Shown one piece after another: positions 1 to 7,865 of a DNA stretch of 39,099 bases. A program made the translations under genes and the position numbers. Source of the stretch: an uncultured Ruminococcus sp. (lineage in GTDB: Bacteria > Bacillota > Clostridia > Oscillospirales > Acutalibacteraceae); contig CADCPT010000283.1 in NCBI GenBank assembly GCA_902803385.1, forward strand, positions 1 to 39,099, read 5' to 3'. Numbering within the stretch: position 1 is the stretch's first letter; every line of letters starts with the position of its first letter. The notes below the pieces were generated by a model. It had not been told where the DNA came from. It made no database searches and worked only from the letters and a program-made list of their open reading frames with translations.

Positions 1-120
1 GGCGCACTTTTATTATAGTGTTTTTTCAGAGGTGACGCGAGCAAAGCTCGCGTCACCTCTGAAAAAACAAGTCTTAAAATAGCCCGGTCGTGCCGAAGGC
101 ACGGTCTGGCGGATTGACCG
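1..120 (-). repeat. Copy A of a composite intergenic repeat family. It is in inverted orientation and truncated by the window edge. It holds a module-3 remnant (1-20), a perfect 22-bp-stem hairpin (21-67) and a small hairpin cgtgcc-gaag-gcacg (89-103).
   Basis: The reverse complement aligns module by module with 4176-4325 and 7655-7765. The shared order is: small hairpin followed by gaccgg, AT-rich spacer, TTTTTCAGrGGTG...CACCyCTGAAAAAA hairpin, then ctataaaaagtgcRcc. Confidence 0.75.
21..67 (-). terminator. Intrinsic terminator downstream of the alarmone-synthetase operon. Its symmetric T-run/A-run flanks make it look bidirectional.
   Basis: ttttttcagaggtgacgcgagc-aaa-gctcgcgtcacctctgaaaaaa is a perfect palindrome lying 84 nt past the stop codon at 151. 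Confidence 0.8.
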
Positions 121-150
121 AAATGATTTTCCGTGATAAACATCCCTCAG

Positions 151-879
151 TTAGCTTCCGTTTGAGGACACTAAAAGATTTCTGACATTCTGCATCCTGC
201 TGTCAAGCGAAGAGCTTATATTTGCACAGTCGATAAGCTCAGAGCGAAGCATTTCCTTCATCTGAGGGGTTATGTTTTTCTTGTACTGCAGCTTGTGTTC
301 AAGACTTGCCCAGAAATCCATTGCGATGGTGCGAAGCTGGACCTCGACCTTGACGCTTTTCTTTTCATTCTCATAAAAAACAGGAACTGATACTATAAGA
401 TGCAGACTTCTGTAGCCCGAGGGCTTGGGATTCATTATGTAATCCTTGCGGCTTATAAGCGTTATGTCATCCTGCTGTAAAAGACATTCCGCAAGTCTGT
501 AAATGTCGTCTACAAACGAACACACTACACGTACGCCTGCTATGTCGTTGATGTTTTCTTCTATTGAAGCAAGATCTCTCGGAATATTCTTTCTTACGAC
601 CTTGCGTATAAGGCTGTCGTAATCCTTTACCCTTGAATGAACGGATTCGATCGGGTTTCCGTCGTATTTGAGCGAAAACTGTTCATTAAGCACCTTGAAT
701 TTAGTCTCAATTTCCATGATGGCACATGTGTAGTTTGCGAAAAACTGTTCTACAGGCAGCATGCTGTCCTGAAGAAAATCAAGAAATGTTTCTTCATTGA
801 GTCCATTTGACTGCGAAAGTGTCACAAGCTCCTTAGCGACCTTGTTCGCAGTATCCATTATCTGTTCTTCGGTATTCAT
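151..879 (-). CDS. Small alarmone synthetase, a single-domain (p)ppGpp synthetase of the RelQ/RelP (YjbM/YwaC) type.
   Basis: RelA/SpoT synthetase motifs are present: DIAGVRVV, GYRSLHLIV, EVQLRTIAMDFWASLEH. I chose the ATG at 879 (MNTEEQ...), which is preceded by GGAGA. The ORF-track start at 912 would overlap the upstream gene. Confidence 0.85.
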   Translation of the reverse strand: MNTEEQIMDTANKVAKELVTLSQSNGLNEETFLDFLQDSMLPVEQFFANYTCAIMEIETKFKVLNEQFSLKYDGNPIESVHSRVKDYDSLIRKVVRKNIPRDLASIEENINDIAGVRVVCSFVDDIYRLAECLLQQDDITLISRKDYIMNPKPSGYRSLHLIVSVPVFYENEKKSVKVEVQLRTIAMDFWASLEHKLQYKKNITPQMKEMLRSELIDCANISSSLDSRMQNVRNLLVSSNGS

Positions 880-881
880 TA

Positions 882-1847
882 TTACATCTCCTCTGCTATT
901 ATATCTCCGCATCTGACTTTTCTTGCCTGTTTGTAAATCGGAGAACTTTTCGTTACGGTAACGGTTCTGTTCTCGTCAGGCGAGCAAAGTGAGAGCGTTA
1001 TACGACCTTTTTCAGTCACGGGATGTCTGAGTACTCTTGAATAGCTTGTATATGACGGAGATCGTATTACAGCAATATATGTGTATTTTTCATCCTCATA
1101 AGGAACATCTCCGCCTTTTATAAGTTTATGGAGTCGGCTTCGCTGTATTCTTGCAGTAAAATGACACCAGTCGTTTTTATCAAGTCTGCATTCATTTTCA
1201 TGCGGACAAGGTGCAGCGATATGCCCGCCTTTCTTCAAAAGATATGAACGCGCTTCTTTTATTACTTCAAAGCCATCTTTCGTTCCGGGTTCTACAAGAA
1301 GCAGAAGCTTTTCTGTACATTCCCATAGCTTGTCGATCGCTTTGTGCCTTTGCTCAGGCTTCAATTCGTTAAGCATATATGATTCCGTGACAAGATCGGC
1401 TCGGATATCCGTTTCATCTTTTGTGATATCAAGACTTTTCCATTTTGCATAGGAAAGGGGAGAGCCGCAATTGCTCAGAAGCTTTATTCCGAGATCAGCC
1501 ATCACTTTTTCCCTTTCGAGACAAGTGATCTCATCAAGATCGCACAATTCGGCAGCAGCACATGCACAGGCGCCGGTGCCTGAACCTGCATCAAGCAACG
1601 ATCCGCATTCGACCCCTGAAATATCGAGTGAGCTTTTCAGAGCTGAATATACTGCTCCGAAGGTGGCGGGCATACGAACGGCTGCATATACAGCAGCGTC
1701 CGCCTCGGAAATAACAAGGTTTTTGCCGCTGCCGCTGACAGTCTTATACCTGTCTGTAAGCGCAGAAGATGCATTTTTCAGTACAGAAGGCTGCCAGGCT
1801 GCAGCGTTCGCTTCGATCGCATTTCTTACTGTTAACGGAAGTTCCAT
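882..1847 (-). CDS. Rsm22-like class I SAM-dependent methyltransferase with a C-terminal Cys cluster.
   Basis: SAM motif I LLDAGSGTGA and the cluster CPHENEC...WCHF are present. I chose the start at MELPLTV (ATG 1847), because the longer ORF-track extension overlaps the NUDIX gene. The stop at 882 lies 2 nt from the downstream start at 879. Confidence 0.65.
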   Translation of the reverse strand: MELPLTVRNAIEANAAAWQPSVLKNASSALTDRYKTVSGSGKNLVISEADAAVYAAVRMPATFGAVYSALKSSLDISGVECGSLLDAGSGTGACACAAAELCDLDEITCLEREKVMADLGIKLLSNCGSPLSYAKWKSLDITKDETDIRADLVTESYMLNELKPEQRHKAIDKLWECTEKLLLLVEPGTKDGFEVIKEARSYLLKKGGHIAAPCPHENECRLDKNDWCHFTARIQRSRLHKLIKGGDVPYEDEKYTYIAVIRSPSYTSYSRVLRHPVTEKGRITLSLCSPDENRTVTVTKSSPIYKQARKVRCGDIIAEEM

Positions 1848-1851
1848 TTTA

Positions 1852-2367
1852 TCAGCCTCCGATAAAACCACATTCTGTATAGTATTGCTTGTAACGTTCA
1901 AAAAGAATATCGATATCAAGTGAGGAGTTGAGAAATCCTGAAAATTGCTCAGGTGACAGCCATCGGTAACCTTCTGTTTCACCCTGTTGGAGTATGACAG
2001 AAGATTTATCACAGTCGATTTCTGTAACAAAAGAATAAAAAATAGATCTGTATTTTTCGTTGAGCCTTCTGTCAACAAGACGAAGCTGTCCGGCGGAAAG
2101 CCCGGTCTCTTCAAAAAGCTCTCTTTTTGCACATTCTTCGGGAGTCTCTCCTGAATTTGCAGAGCCTCCGGCAGTGGTTTCGTAACAACCCCCGTATTCT
2201 TTCTTCGTTTTTGCTCTCAGCATCTGAAGTATGTCACCGTCATTATGACGCACAAGGACCTCACAGCTAATATGATATAATCCATCCGGTATGCGTTCAG
2301 AGCCGTGCCTGTCTATTACGATCCCGGTTTTGATTCCGTCCGGAGTATATAGATCCCACAATTCCAT
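1852..2367 (-). CDS. NUDIX hydrolase.
   Basis: A canonical Nudix box GGSANSGETPEECAKRELFEETGL (GX5EX7REUXEEXGU) is present. The stop lies 4 nt upstream of the next start. Confidence 0.85.
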   Translation of the reverse strand: MELWDLYTPDGIKTGIVIDRHGSERIPDGLYHISCEVLVRHNDGDILQMLRAKTKKEYGGCYETTAGGSANSGETPEECAKRELFEETGLSAGQLRLVDRRLNEKYRSIFYSFVTEIDCDKSSVILQQGETEGYRWLSPEQFSGFLNSSLDIDILFERYKQYYTECGFIGG

Positions 2368-2404
2368 ATCAGTTTTACACCAAAATCCTTTATATTTTTA
2401 GTAA

Positions 2405-2433
2405 ATTTTACAATAAATAAATATAAAAGTCAA
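2405..2433 (-). promoter_or_regulatory. SigmaA-type promoter of the NUDIX / methyltransferase / alarmone-synthetase operon.
   Basis: The minus strand reads TTGACT-17 nt-TAAAAT, about 40 nt upstream of the ATG at 2367. Confidence 0.6.
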
Positions 2434-2440
2434 GGTTCAG

Positions 2441-2610
2441 AAAGCACTCCGTAGCAGCATGCCCTGGAGCGCATCTACCCAGCGGCTTACTTCCTATTTA
2501 TTATTAGCGGGGTTGTCGCATTAACACTCTCTCGTTCGCCCGATCGTTGCTACGCAACGACCGGGACTGCGAATAGTTTCACAGCCCTGAAAAAAAACTA
2601 TAAAAAATGG
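2441..2610. repeat. Degenerate locus of the same intergenic repeat family. It holds an inverted module 3 (2441-2490), a module-1-like hairpin cgttgc-tac-gcaacg followed by gaccggg (2545-2565), and only the right arm of the big hairpin plus the start of module 3 (2584-2610).
   Basis: By-eye alignment: gccctgaaaaaaaactataaaaaatg matches cccctgaaaaaactataaaaagtg at 7693-7716. The reverse complement of 2441-2486, gccgctgggtagatgcgctccagggcat, matches accgcagggtaggcgcactataggggcac at 7718-7746. Confidence 0.55.
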
Positions 2611-2617
2611 TTTTCGC

Positions 2618-2646
2618 TGGACAATTCCCCTGTATTCTGTTATATT
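2618..2646 (+). promoter_or_regulatory. Putative sigmaA promoter for the carboxypeptidase gene.
   Basis: TGGACA-17 nt-TATATT is followed by RBS AGAAGGGG and the ATG at 2679. Confidence 0.45.
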
Positions 2647-2678
2647 ATATTTGAAAATGTTCAGAAGGGGTCGTATAA

Positions 2679-3641
2679 ATGAAAATAAAGTCGTTATTGG
2701 TATTTGCGCTGTGCAGCTTATTGTTTCTTTCAGCCTGTTCGGTTAATGCTCCGGATACATCTGAGATAACTCCGGCTTCTGATGTATATGCCTCAGCTGA
2801 TGAAGGATCTCAGGAGCCTTCCCTTCCGGATAATGAGCCGTCTGATTCAGACAAGCTGATATATAATCCTGCCTGTCGTTCTGCCGTGCTTTATTGTGCA
2901 GATGATAAAGAGTACATTTATAGTGACAGCGCAGCAAAAACGACAGCTCCGGCAAGTCTGACAAAGCTTCTTACTGCGTCAGTTATGCTAAAATATATGA
3001 GCCCGGAGGATATCGTTACAGTTGGCAGTGAACAGCATCTTGTGGAATTAGATTCAAGTAAATGCTTTATTTCGGAGGGTAATCGTCTGACAGTACGTGA
3101 TCTTCTTACGGGTATGCTTTTATGCTCCGGCAATGATGCGGCATATACTGCGGCTGTTTCTACGGCAAGAACGGTTTCCGGAGATCCGTCTATGAGCGAT
3201 GATGAAGCTGTGAAGTCGTTTGTTGATCTGATGAATCAAACTGCAGCTCAGATAGGTATGTCTGACAGCCATTTTGTTAATCCTGACGGCTGGGATAATG
3301 AAGATCAATACACGACCGCTGCGGATCTTGTCAGGCTTGCCGTTTATGCATATGAGATACCGGAGATAAATAACATCGTCGGAACATTTGAAAAAAGTGT
3401 TGTATTTGAGTCCGGTGAAAGCATTACATGGAAGAATACAAATCTTCTGCTCGATCCTGAGAGTGAATTCTATTCAAAGGATGCTGTCGGAATGAAAACA
3501 GGTACAACAGATAAAGCCGGCTGCTGTCTTATAGCTGCCTTCAGCAAAAACAGCAAGACCTATTATTCGGTAGTAACTGGCTGCGGAGCGGATTCTGAAA
3601 GGTATATCCTCACCCTGACAATGCTTTCAAGGGCAGAATAA
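2679..3641 (+). CDS. Serine-type D-Ala-D-Ala carboxypeptidase (peptidase S11, low-molecular-weight PBP), a lipoprotein.
   Basis: The signal peptide carries a lipobox (LFLSAC). All three PBP motifs are present: SLTK (SxxK), SGND (SxN) and KTGTT (KTG). Confidence 0.85.
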   Translation: MKIKSLLVFALCSLLFLSACSVNAPDTSEITPASDVYASADEGSQEPSLPDNEPSDSDKLIYNPACRSAVLYCADDKEYIYSDSAAKTTAPASLTKLLTASVMLKYMSPEDIVTVGSEQHLVELDSSKCFISEGNRLTVRDLLTGMLLCSGNDAAYTAAVSTARTVSGDPSMSDDEAVKSFVDLMNQTAAQIGMSDSHFVNPDGWDNEDQYTTAADLVRLAVYAYEIPEINNIVGTFEKSVVFESGESITWKNTNLLLDPESEFYSKDAVGMKTGTTDKAGCCLIAAFSKNSKTYYSVVTGCGADSERYILTLTMLSRAE

Positions 3642-3688
3642 AGCATTACGTTTTGCAGCAGGATATCAGCCTGCGAGGAGATATTGAT

Positions 3689-4162
3689 ATGAAAGTCAGA
3701 CGTGCTGAAGCAAAGGATATCCCTTATATTCTCAGGCTTCTTGTTCAGGTGGATATGGTCCATCATAACGGAAGGCCGGATCTTTTCAAGGGACCTGCAA
3801 CAAAATATAACGAGAATGAGCTAAAAACCATTCTGTGTGATGATACTACACCTGTTTTTGTATGCGTTGACGAAAACGATATACCATTGGGTCATGCCTT
3901 CTGCATACATAAGCAGATAAAAGGTGATAACGTTCTTACGGATATAAATACACTTTATATTGATGATATCTGTGTTGATGAAGCTGCGAGGGGAAAACAT
4001 ATAGGAAAAGCTTTATTTGATTTTGTTGAAGAATATGCCGCTGTCCATGGCTTCTATAATATAACGCTCAATGTCTGGACTTGTAACCCCGGTGCAGTTA
4101 AATTCTATGAATCAATGGGGCTTTCTCCTCAGAAGATAGGAATGGAAAAGATCATCCGGTAG
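3689..4162 (+). CDS. GNAT family N-acetyltransferase.
   Basis: The acetyl-CoA-binding-like segment VDEAARGKHIGKALF has the (Q/R)xxGxG/A pattern, and the size and topology fit GNAT. I chose the ATG at 3689 (MKVRRAE...), which lies 8 nt after GAGGAG. Confidence 0.75.
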   Translation: MKVRRAEAKDIPYILRLLVQVDMVHHNGRPDLFKGPATKYNENELKTILCDDTTPVFVCVDENDIPLGHAFCIHKQIKGDNVLTDINTLYIDDICVDEAARGKHIGKALFDFVEEYAAVHGFYNITLNVWTCNPGAVKFYESMGLSPQKIGMEKIIR

Positions 4163-4175
4163 TTTTTTAGTTTGT

Positions 4176-4325
4176 CAGCTCCGACAGTGTCTTCGGCGCG
4201 ACCGGATTAATAAATATTTGTTTTTTCAGGGGTGCCAGGCGCTTCGCGCCTGGCACCCCTGAAAAAACGCTAAAAAAATGCGCCGCAGGTTAGGCGTATC
4301 CCAAGGGCATTTCCTGCGGGCACAC
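4176..4325 (+). repeat. Copy B, the most complete copy of the composite intergenic repeat. It holds module 1 (4183-4206), the big hairpin (4221-4267) and module 3 (4268-4325).
   Basis: It aligns with copies A (reverse complement) and C. The big-hairpin stems differ between copies only by paired substitutions: gtgacgcgagc/gctcgcgtcac, gtgccaggcgc/gcgcctggcac and gtggcaggcgc/gcgcctgccac. Confidence 0.75.
4221..4267 (+). terminator. Intrinsic terminator after the GNAT gene, embedded in repeat copy B.
   Basis: ttttttcaggggtgccaggcg-cttcg-cgcctggcacccctgaaaaaa is a GC-rich stem flanked by T and A runs. Confidence 0.8.
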
Positions 4326-4533
4326 AAAAAAACATAGAACTAATTGGGTTTCCGTCAGAATCATTATTTTGCGACACCCCCATCTCAGAAAACACTGTTT
4401 CAAAGAAAAGCCTGTTGTATGTAATAATACCGTTATAATGCAATTATCATATGGACAAAACGCCATTTTTTTGATATTATACTATTGAAAGTGCATATAT
4501 TGATAGTTTTGAAGTTCCCGGGGGATAAAAGAA

Positions 4534-7500
4534 ATGCTAAATGTTTCATATTCATCAAGCTGTTTTTTTATTAAAAAAATCGATCGTATATTCTTTATAT
4601 CGGTTATATTTCTGATGATATTTTTGTTGTTTTCGGTTTTAGAAAACCGTAATACAGTATATGCTGCTGATAGTGAAGAACAAGACATCTCTGTAGACCT
4701 TATCAGTCATAATGACGGCTATTCTGCTGTTCTTTATGATAATACCAACGGTCTTCCGACTCCGGAGGCAAATGCTATCGTAAATACAAAAGAAGGATTT
4801 ATCTGGATCGGCAGCTACGACGGTCTGATACGTTATGACGGTAATACCTTTGAACGTATCGACTCGACTACCGGTATCGCAAGTGTTGTCTGCCTTTATG
4901 TTGACAGTAAGGATAGACTCTGGATAGGAACCAGTGATAACGGAGTTTTCCTTATGGAAAAGGGTGAGTTTCGTCAGTGGAACAAATCCGAAGGAATGGA
5001 ATCGTCTTATATCCGTTCTATTTCCGAGGACGGCAATGGTCTCATATACGTTGGTACGACGAGAGGCATCGGTACTATAAACAATGAAATGAAATGGAAT
5101 ATGATATCCTCTCCTTATTTTACGGATGATTATCAATATATGAGAAACATACAGGTCGGTCAGGACGGTCTGATATATGCCCTTACAAATGACGGTGATG
5201 TTTTTACGATCAGGTCAGGTAATGTAGAAAACTATTTCAGCCAGGACCAGATCGGTGTTGATAATATAGTCAGCATTTTTCCCGATACGGTATCTCCCGG
5301 TTTCGTATATCTCGGAACAGCTGATTCAGAGCTTTATTACGGAAGTATTGAAGACGGCCTTTCAAAACTGACCCAAACGGATATTTCGCCGCTTGCAAGT
5401 GTAAATGAATTTGAATACTTTGATGAAAAGCTATGGATCTGCGCAGAAAACGGTATAGGTATACTCAGCGAAAACGGATTTGAGGTTCTCGAAAACCTGC
5501 CTATGACCGGTTCTATCGGTAATGCTATGACTGATTATGAAGGCAATCTTTGGTTCACCTCGACCCGTCAGGGCGTGATGAAGATCGTCCGCAATCAGTT
5601 CTCGGATATTTATAAGCGTTTTGGCCTTGATAAAGCTGTTGTAAATTCAACATGTGCTATTGATGACCTGCTCTATATCGGGACAGACTCGGGAATTACT
5701 GTATTAAACAGTGATGGGGTAGTATCATCGGTACCGCTGAAAAAAGCTCAGACCGGTTCCGGCGAAAAAGTCGAAGCTGACGATCTTCTGAAGTATCTTG
5801 ATGGCTGCCGTATACGTTCTTTGATAAGGGACAGCAAAAACAGGCTGTGGATTTCGACATGGAGAAAACATGGTCTGCTGTGTCTTGATAACGGAGAGCT
5901 GACCGAATATACTGAAAAGGAAGGTCTTCTTTCTGACAGGATCCGTACTGTATATGAGCGTGAAGACGGGTCGTTTCTTGTTGCTCTTACAGGCGGAGTA
6001 AATGTTATAAAAGACGGCAAAGTCATCGAAAGCTATGGTACTGAAAAAGGAATAATAAATACCGAAACTCTTACTGTAGCAGAAGGCGACAACGGAGATA
6101 TTCTTGTCGGTTCAAACGGTGACGGCATATATATCCCGAATAAAAAAAGCGGTCTGAAACATATAGGTACAGAAGACGGTCTTATGTCTGATGTTATACT
6201 TCGCATTAAACCGGATAAGCTACGCAATCTGTACTGGATAATAACAAGTAACTCCATCGCATATATGACATCTGACTACAAAGTGACCACTATAAACAGA
6301 TTCCCCTATTCAAATAACTTCGATATTTTTGAAAACAGCAGGGGAGAGATATGGATCCTCAGCAGTAACGGCATATATATTCTACCGGTCGAAGAGCTGC
6401 TCGCAAATTCCGATATTTCTCCGGTGCATTACGGTATGGACAACGGGATCCCATGTGTATCTACAGCAAATTCATATAGTGAGCTAACATCAGACGGTGA
6501 TCTGTATATATCCGGAACGACCGGTGTCGCAAGGGTCAATATCGAAAAGCCGCTTGATAACGTCAATTCTCTCAAGGCTGCAATTCCTTATATAGAAGTT
6601 GACGGAAAAAGAGTTTATCCTGATAAGACCGGAGTATTCACTATTTCTTCAAATGTCAAGAAGCTTACGGTTTACAGCTATGTATACAATTATTCGCTGA
6701 TGACTCCCAAGATATCATATCGGCTTCAGGGCTTTGAAGATACGATCACAACAGTAAGCAGGAGTGATCTTCAGCCTGTGGATTATACAAATCTTTCCGG
6801 CGGCGAGTATCAGTTTGTATTACAGATAAGAGATTCCAGGGGCTTCGGCGATAAAACGATATCCGTTAAGATCATCAAAGAAAAGGCCTTCTATGAAATG
6901 CTGTGGTTCTATGTTGTTATTGCCATTCTTATCATATTGCTTATCATTATGATCGTTAGAATGTATATCCGCTGGAGAGTTGAAAAGCTTGAAAAGAAGC
7001 ATCAGGAAAACATGACCTTTGTCCGTGAGATCACCGAAGCCTTTGCTAAGGTCATAGATATGAAGGATAAGTATACCAACGGACATTCACTGCGAGTTGC
7101 AAAATATACCGCTATGCTTTGCAAGGAGCTCGGCTACAATGATGAAGATACAGAAAAGTATTATTATATTGCGTTGCTTCATGACATCGGGAAAATAGGT
7201 ATTCCCTCAGAGGTGCTGAATAAGGCCGGAAAGCTGACAGATGAGGAATTTGAGATAATCAAATCACATGCTGCAATGGGTTATGAAGCTCTTAAGGGTA
7301 TAAACATTATGCCGGAGCTTGCTTTGGGCGCTCAGGCTCATCATGAAAGACCTGACGGAAAGGGCTATCCTAATCACCTCAAAGAAGGAGAGATACCAAG
7401 GGCAGCACAGATAATTGCTGTTGCCGACTGCTTTGACGCTATGTATTCAAATCGTCCCTACAGAGACCGTATGAATTTCGACAAGGTTGTAAATATCATT

Positions 7501-7641
7501 AAATGCAGTGCAGGCACCCAGCTTTCAAGAGACGTTGTTGAAGCTTTTCTCCGCCTTGTGAAGAGGGGCGAATTCCGTGATCCCGATGATCATGGCGGCG
7601 GAACAACAGAGAATATAGATAATATCCGCAAGAACAGCTGA
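4534..7641 (+). CDS. Membrane sensor protein with a double beta-propeller and Y_Y_Y ectodomain, one further TM helix and a cytoplasmic HD-GYP domain. It is a putative c-di-GMP phosphodiesterase.
   Basis: There is an N-terminal TM/signal segment. About 14 propeller-blade motifs are present (for example FIWIGSYDGLIRYDG, RLWIGTSDNGVFLME, RLWISTWRKHGLL, EIWILSSNGIYILP). The Y_Y_Y-like segment is YRLQGFED...YTNLSGGEYQFVLQIRD. The second TM is LWFYVVIAILIILLIIMIV. HD-GYP motifs are HSLRV, LLHDIGKIGIP and HHERPDGKGYP. Confidence 0.85.
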   Translation: MLNVSYSSSCFFIKKIDRIFFISVIFLMIFLLFSVLENRNTVYAADSEEQDISVDLISHNDGYSAVLYDNTNGLPTPEANAIVNTKEGFIWIGSYDGLIRYDGNTFERIDSTTGIASVVCLYVDSKDRLWIGTSDNGVFLMEKGEFRQWNKSEGMESSYIRSISEDGNGLIYVGTTRGIGTINNEMKWNMISSPYFTDDYQYMRNIQVGQDGLIYALTNDGDVFTIRSGNVENYFSQDQIGVDNIVSIFPDTVSPGFVYLGTADSELYYGSIEDGLSKLTQTDISPLASVNEFEYFDEKLWICAENGIGILSENGFEVLENLPMTGSIGNAMTDYEGNLWFTSTRQGVMKIVRNQFSDIYKRFGLDKAVVNSTCAIDDLLYIGTDSGITVLNSDGVVSSVPLKKAQTGSGEKVEADDLLKYLDGCRIRSLIRDSKNRLWISTWRKHGLLCLDNGELTEYTEKEGLLSDRIRTVYEREDGSFLVALTGGVNVIKDGKVIESYGTEKGIINTETLTVAEGDNGDILVGSNGDGIYIPNKKSGLKHIGTEDGLMSDVILRIKPDKLRNLYWIITSNSIAYMTSDYKVTTINRFPYSNNFDIFENSRGEIWILSSNGIYILPVEELLANSDISPVHYGMDNGIPCVSTANSYSELTSDGDLYISGTTGVARVNIEKPLDNVNSLKAAIPYIEVDGKRVYPDKTGVFTISSNVKKLTVYSYVYNYSLMTPKISYRLQGFEDTITTVSRSDLQPVDYTNLSGGEYQFVLQIRDSRGFGDKTISVKIIKEKAFYEMLWFYVVIAILIILLIIMIVRMYIRWRVEKLEKKHQENMTFVREITEAFAKVIDMKDKYTNGHSLRVAKYTAMLCKELGYNDEDTEKYYYIALLHDIGKIGIPSEVLNKAGKLTDEEFEIIKSHAAMGYEALKGINIMPELALGAQAHHERPDGKGYPNHLKEGEIPRAAQIIAVADCFDAMYSNRPYRDRMNFDKVVNIIKCSAGTQLSRDVVEAFLRLVKRGEFRDPDDHGGGTTENIDNIRKNS

Positions 7642-7654
7642 TGCTGTTAAAAAT

Positions 7655-7765
7655 TTGCTTTTTCAGGGGTGGCAGGCGCTTCGCGCCTGCCACCCCTGAA
7701 AAAACTATAAAAAGTGCACCGCAGGGTAGGCGCACTATAGGGGCACTTTCTTCAGGGGCAATCGA
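7655..7765 (+). repeat. Copy C of the composite intergenic repeat. It has the big hairpin and module 3 but no module 1.
   Basis: It starts 14 nt after the stop codon at 7641 and aligns with copy B through ...ctgaaaaaactataaaaagtgcaccgcagggtaggcg. Confidence 0.75.
7659..7704 (+). terminator. Intrinsic terminator after the HD-GYP gene, embedded in repeat copy C.
   Basis: tttttcaggggtggcaggcg-cttcg-cgcctgccacccctgaaaaaa. Confidence 0.8.
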
Positions 7766-7801
7766 GTTATAGATACAGGAGGGATGATCGCCCCGAGCTC
7801 T

Positions 7802-7829
7802 TTACAAATGTTGTTTTATATGATACAAT
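7802..7829 (+). promoter_or_regulatory. Putative sigmaA promoter with an extended -10, for the map operon.
   Basis: TTACAA-16 nt-TACAAT, with TG one base upstream of the -10 (TGaTACAAT). RBS GAAAGGA precedes the ATG at 7866. Confidence 0.5.
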
Positions 7830-7865
7830 TAGACCTGGTAAAGAATAACTGAAAGGACAATTGTC

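Noticed and set aside
151-879. The small alarmone synthetase, considered as a toxSAS toxin with adjacent antitoxin.
   Set aside because: Its sequence and length look like housekeeping RelQ/RelP-type enzymes. Its neighbours are an enzyme-sized NUDIX and a methyltransferase rather than a small antitoxin. No mobile-element context is present.
1848-2132. The N-terminal 95-aa extension of the methyltransferase ORF.
   Set aside because: It overlaps the NUDIX gene out of frame. The ATG at 1847 lies 4 nt after the NUDIX stop and gives a sensible coupled start.
1-7765. The repeated hairpins, considered as a possible CRISPR array.
   Set aside because: The copies are kilobases apart, separated by genes, in mixed orientation and 47 nt long with flanking modules. 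There is no regular repeat-spacer periodicity and no cas genes.
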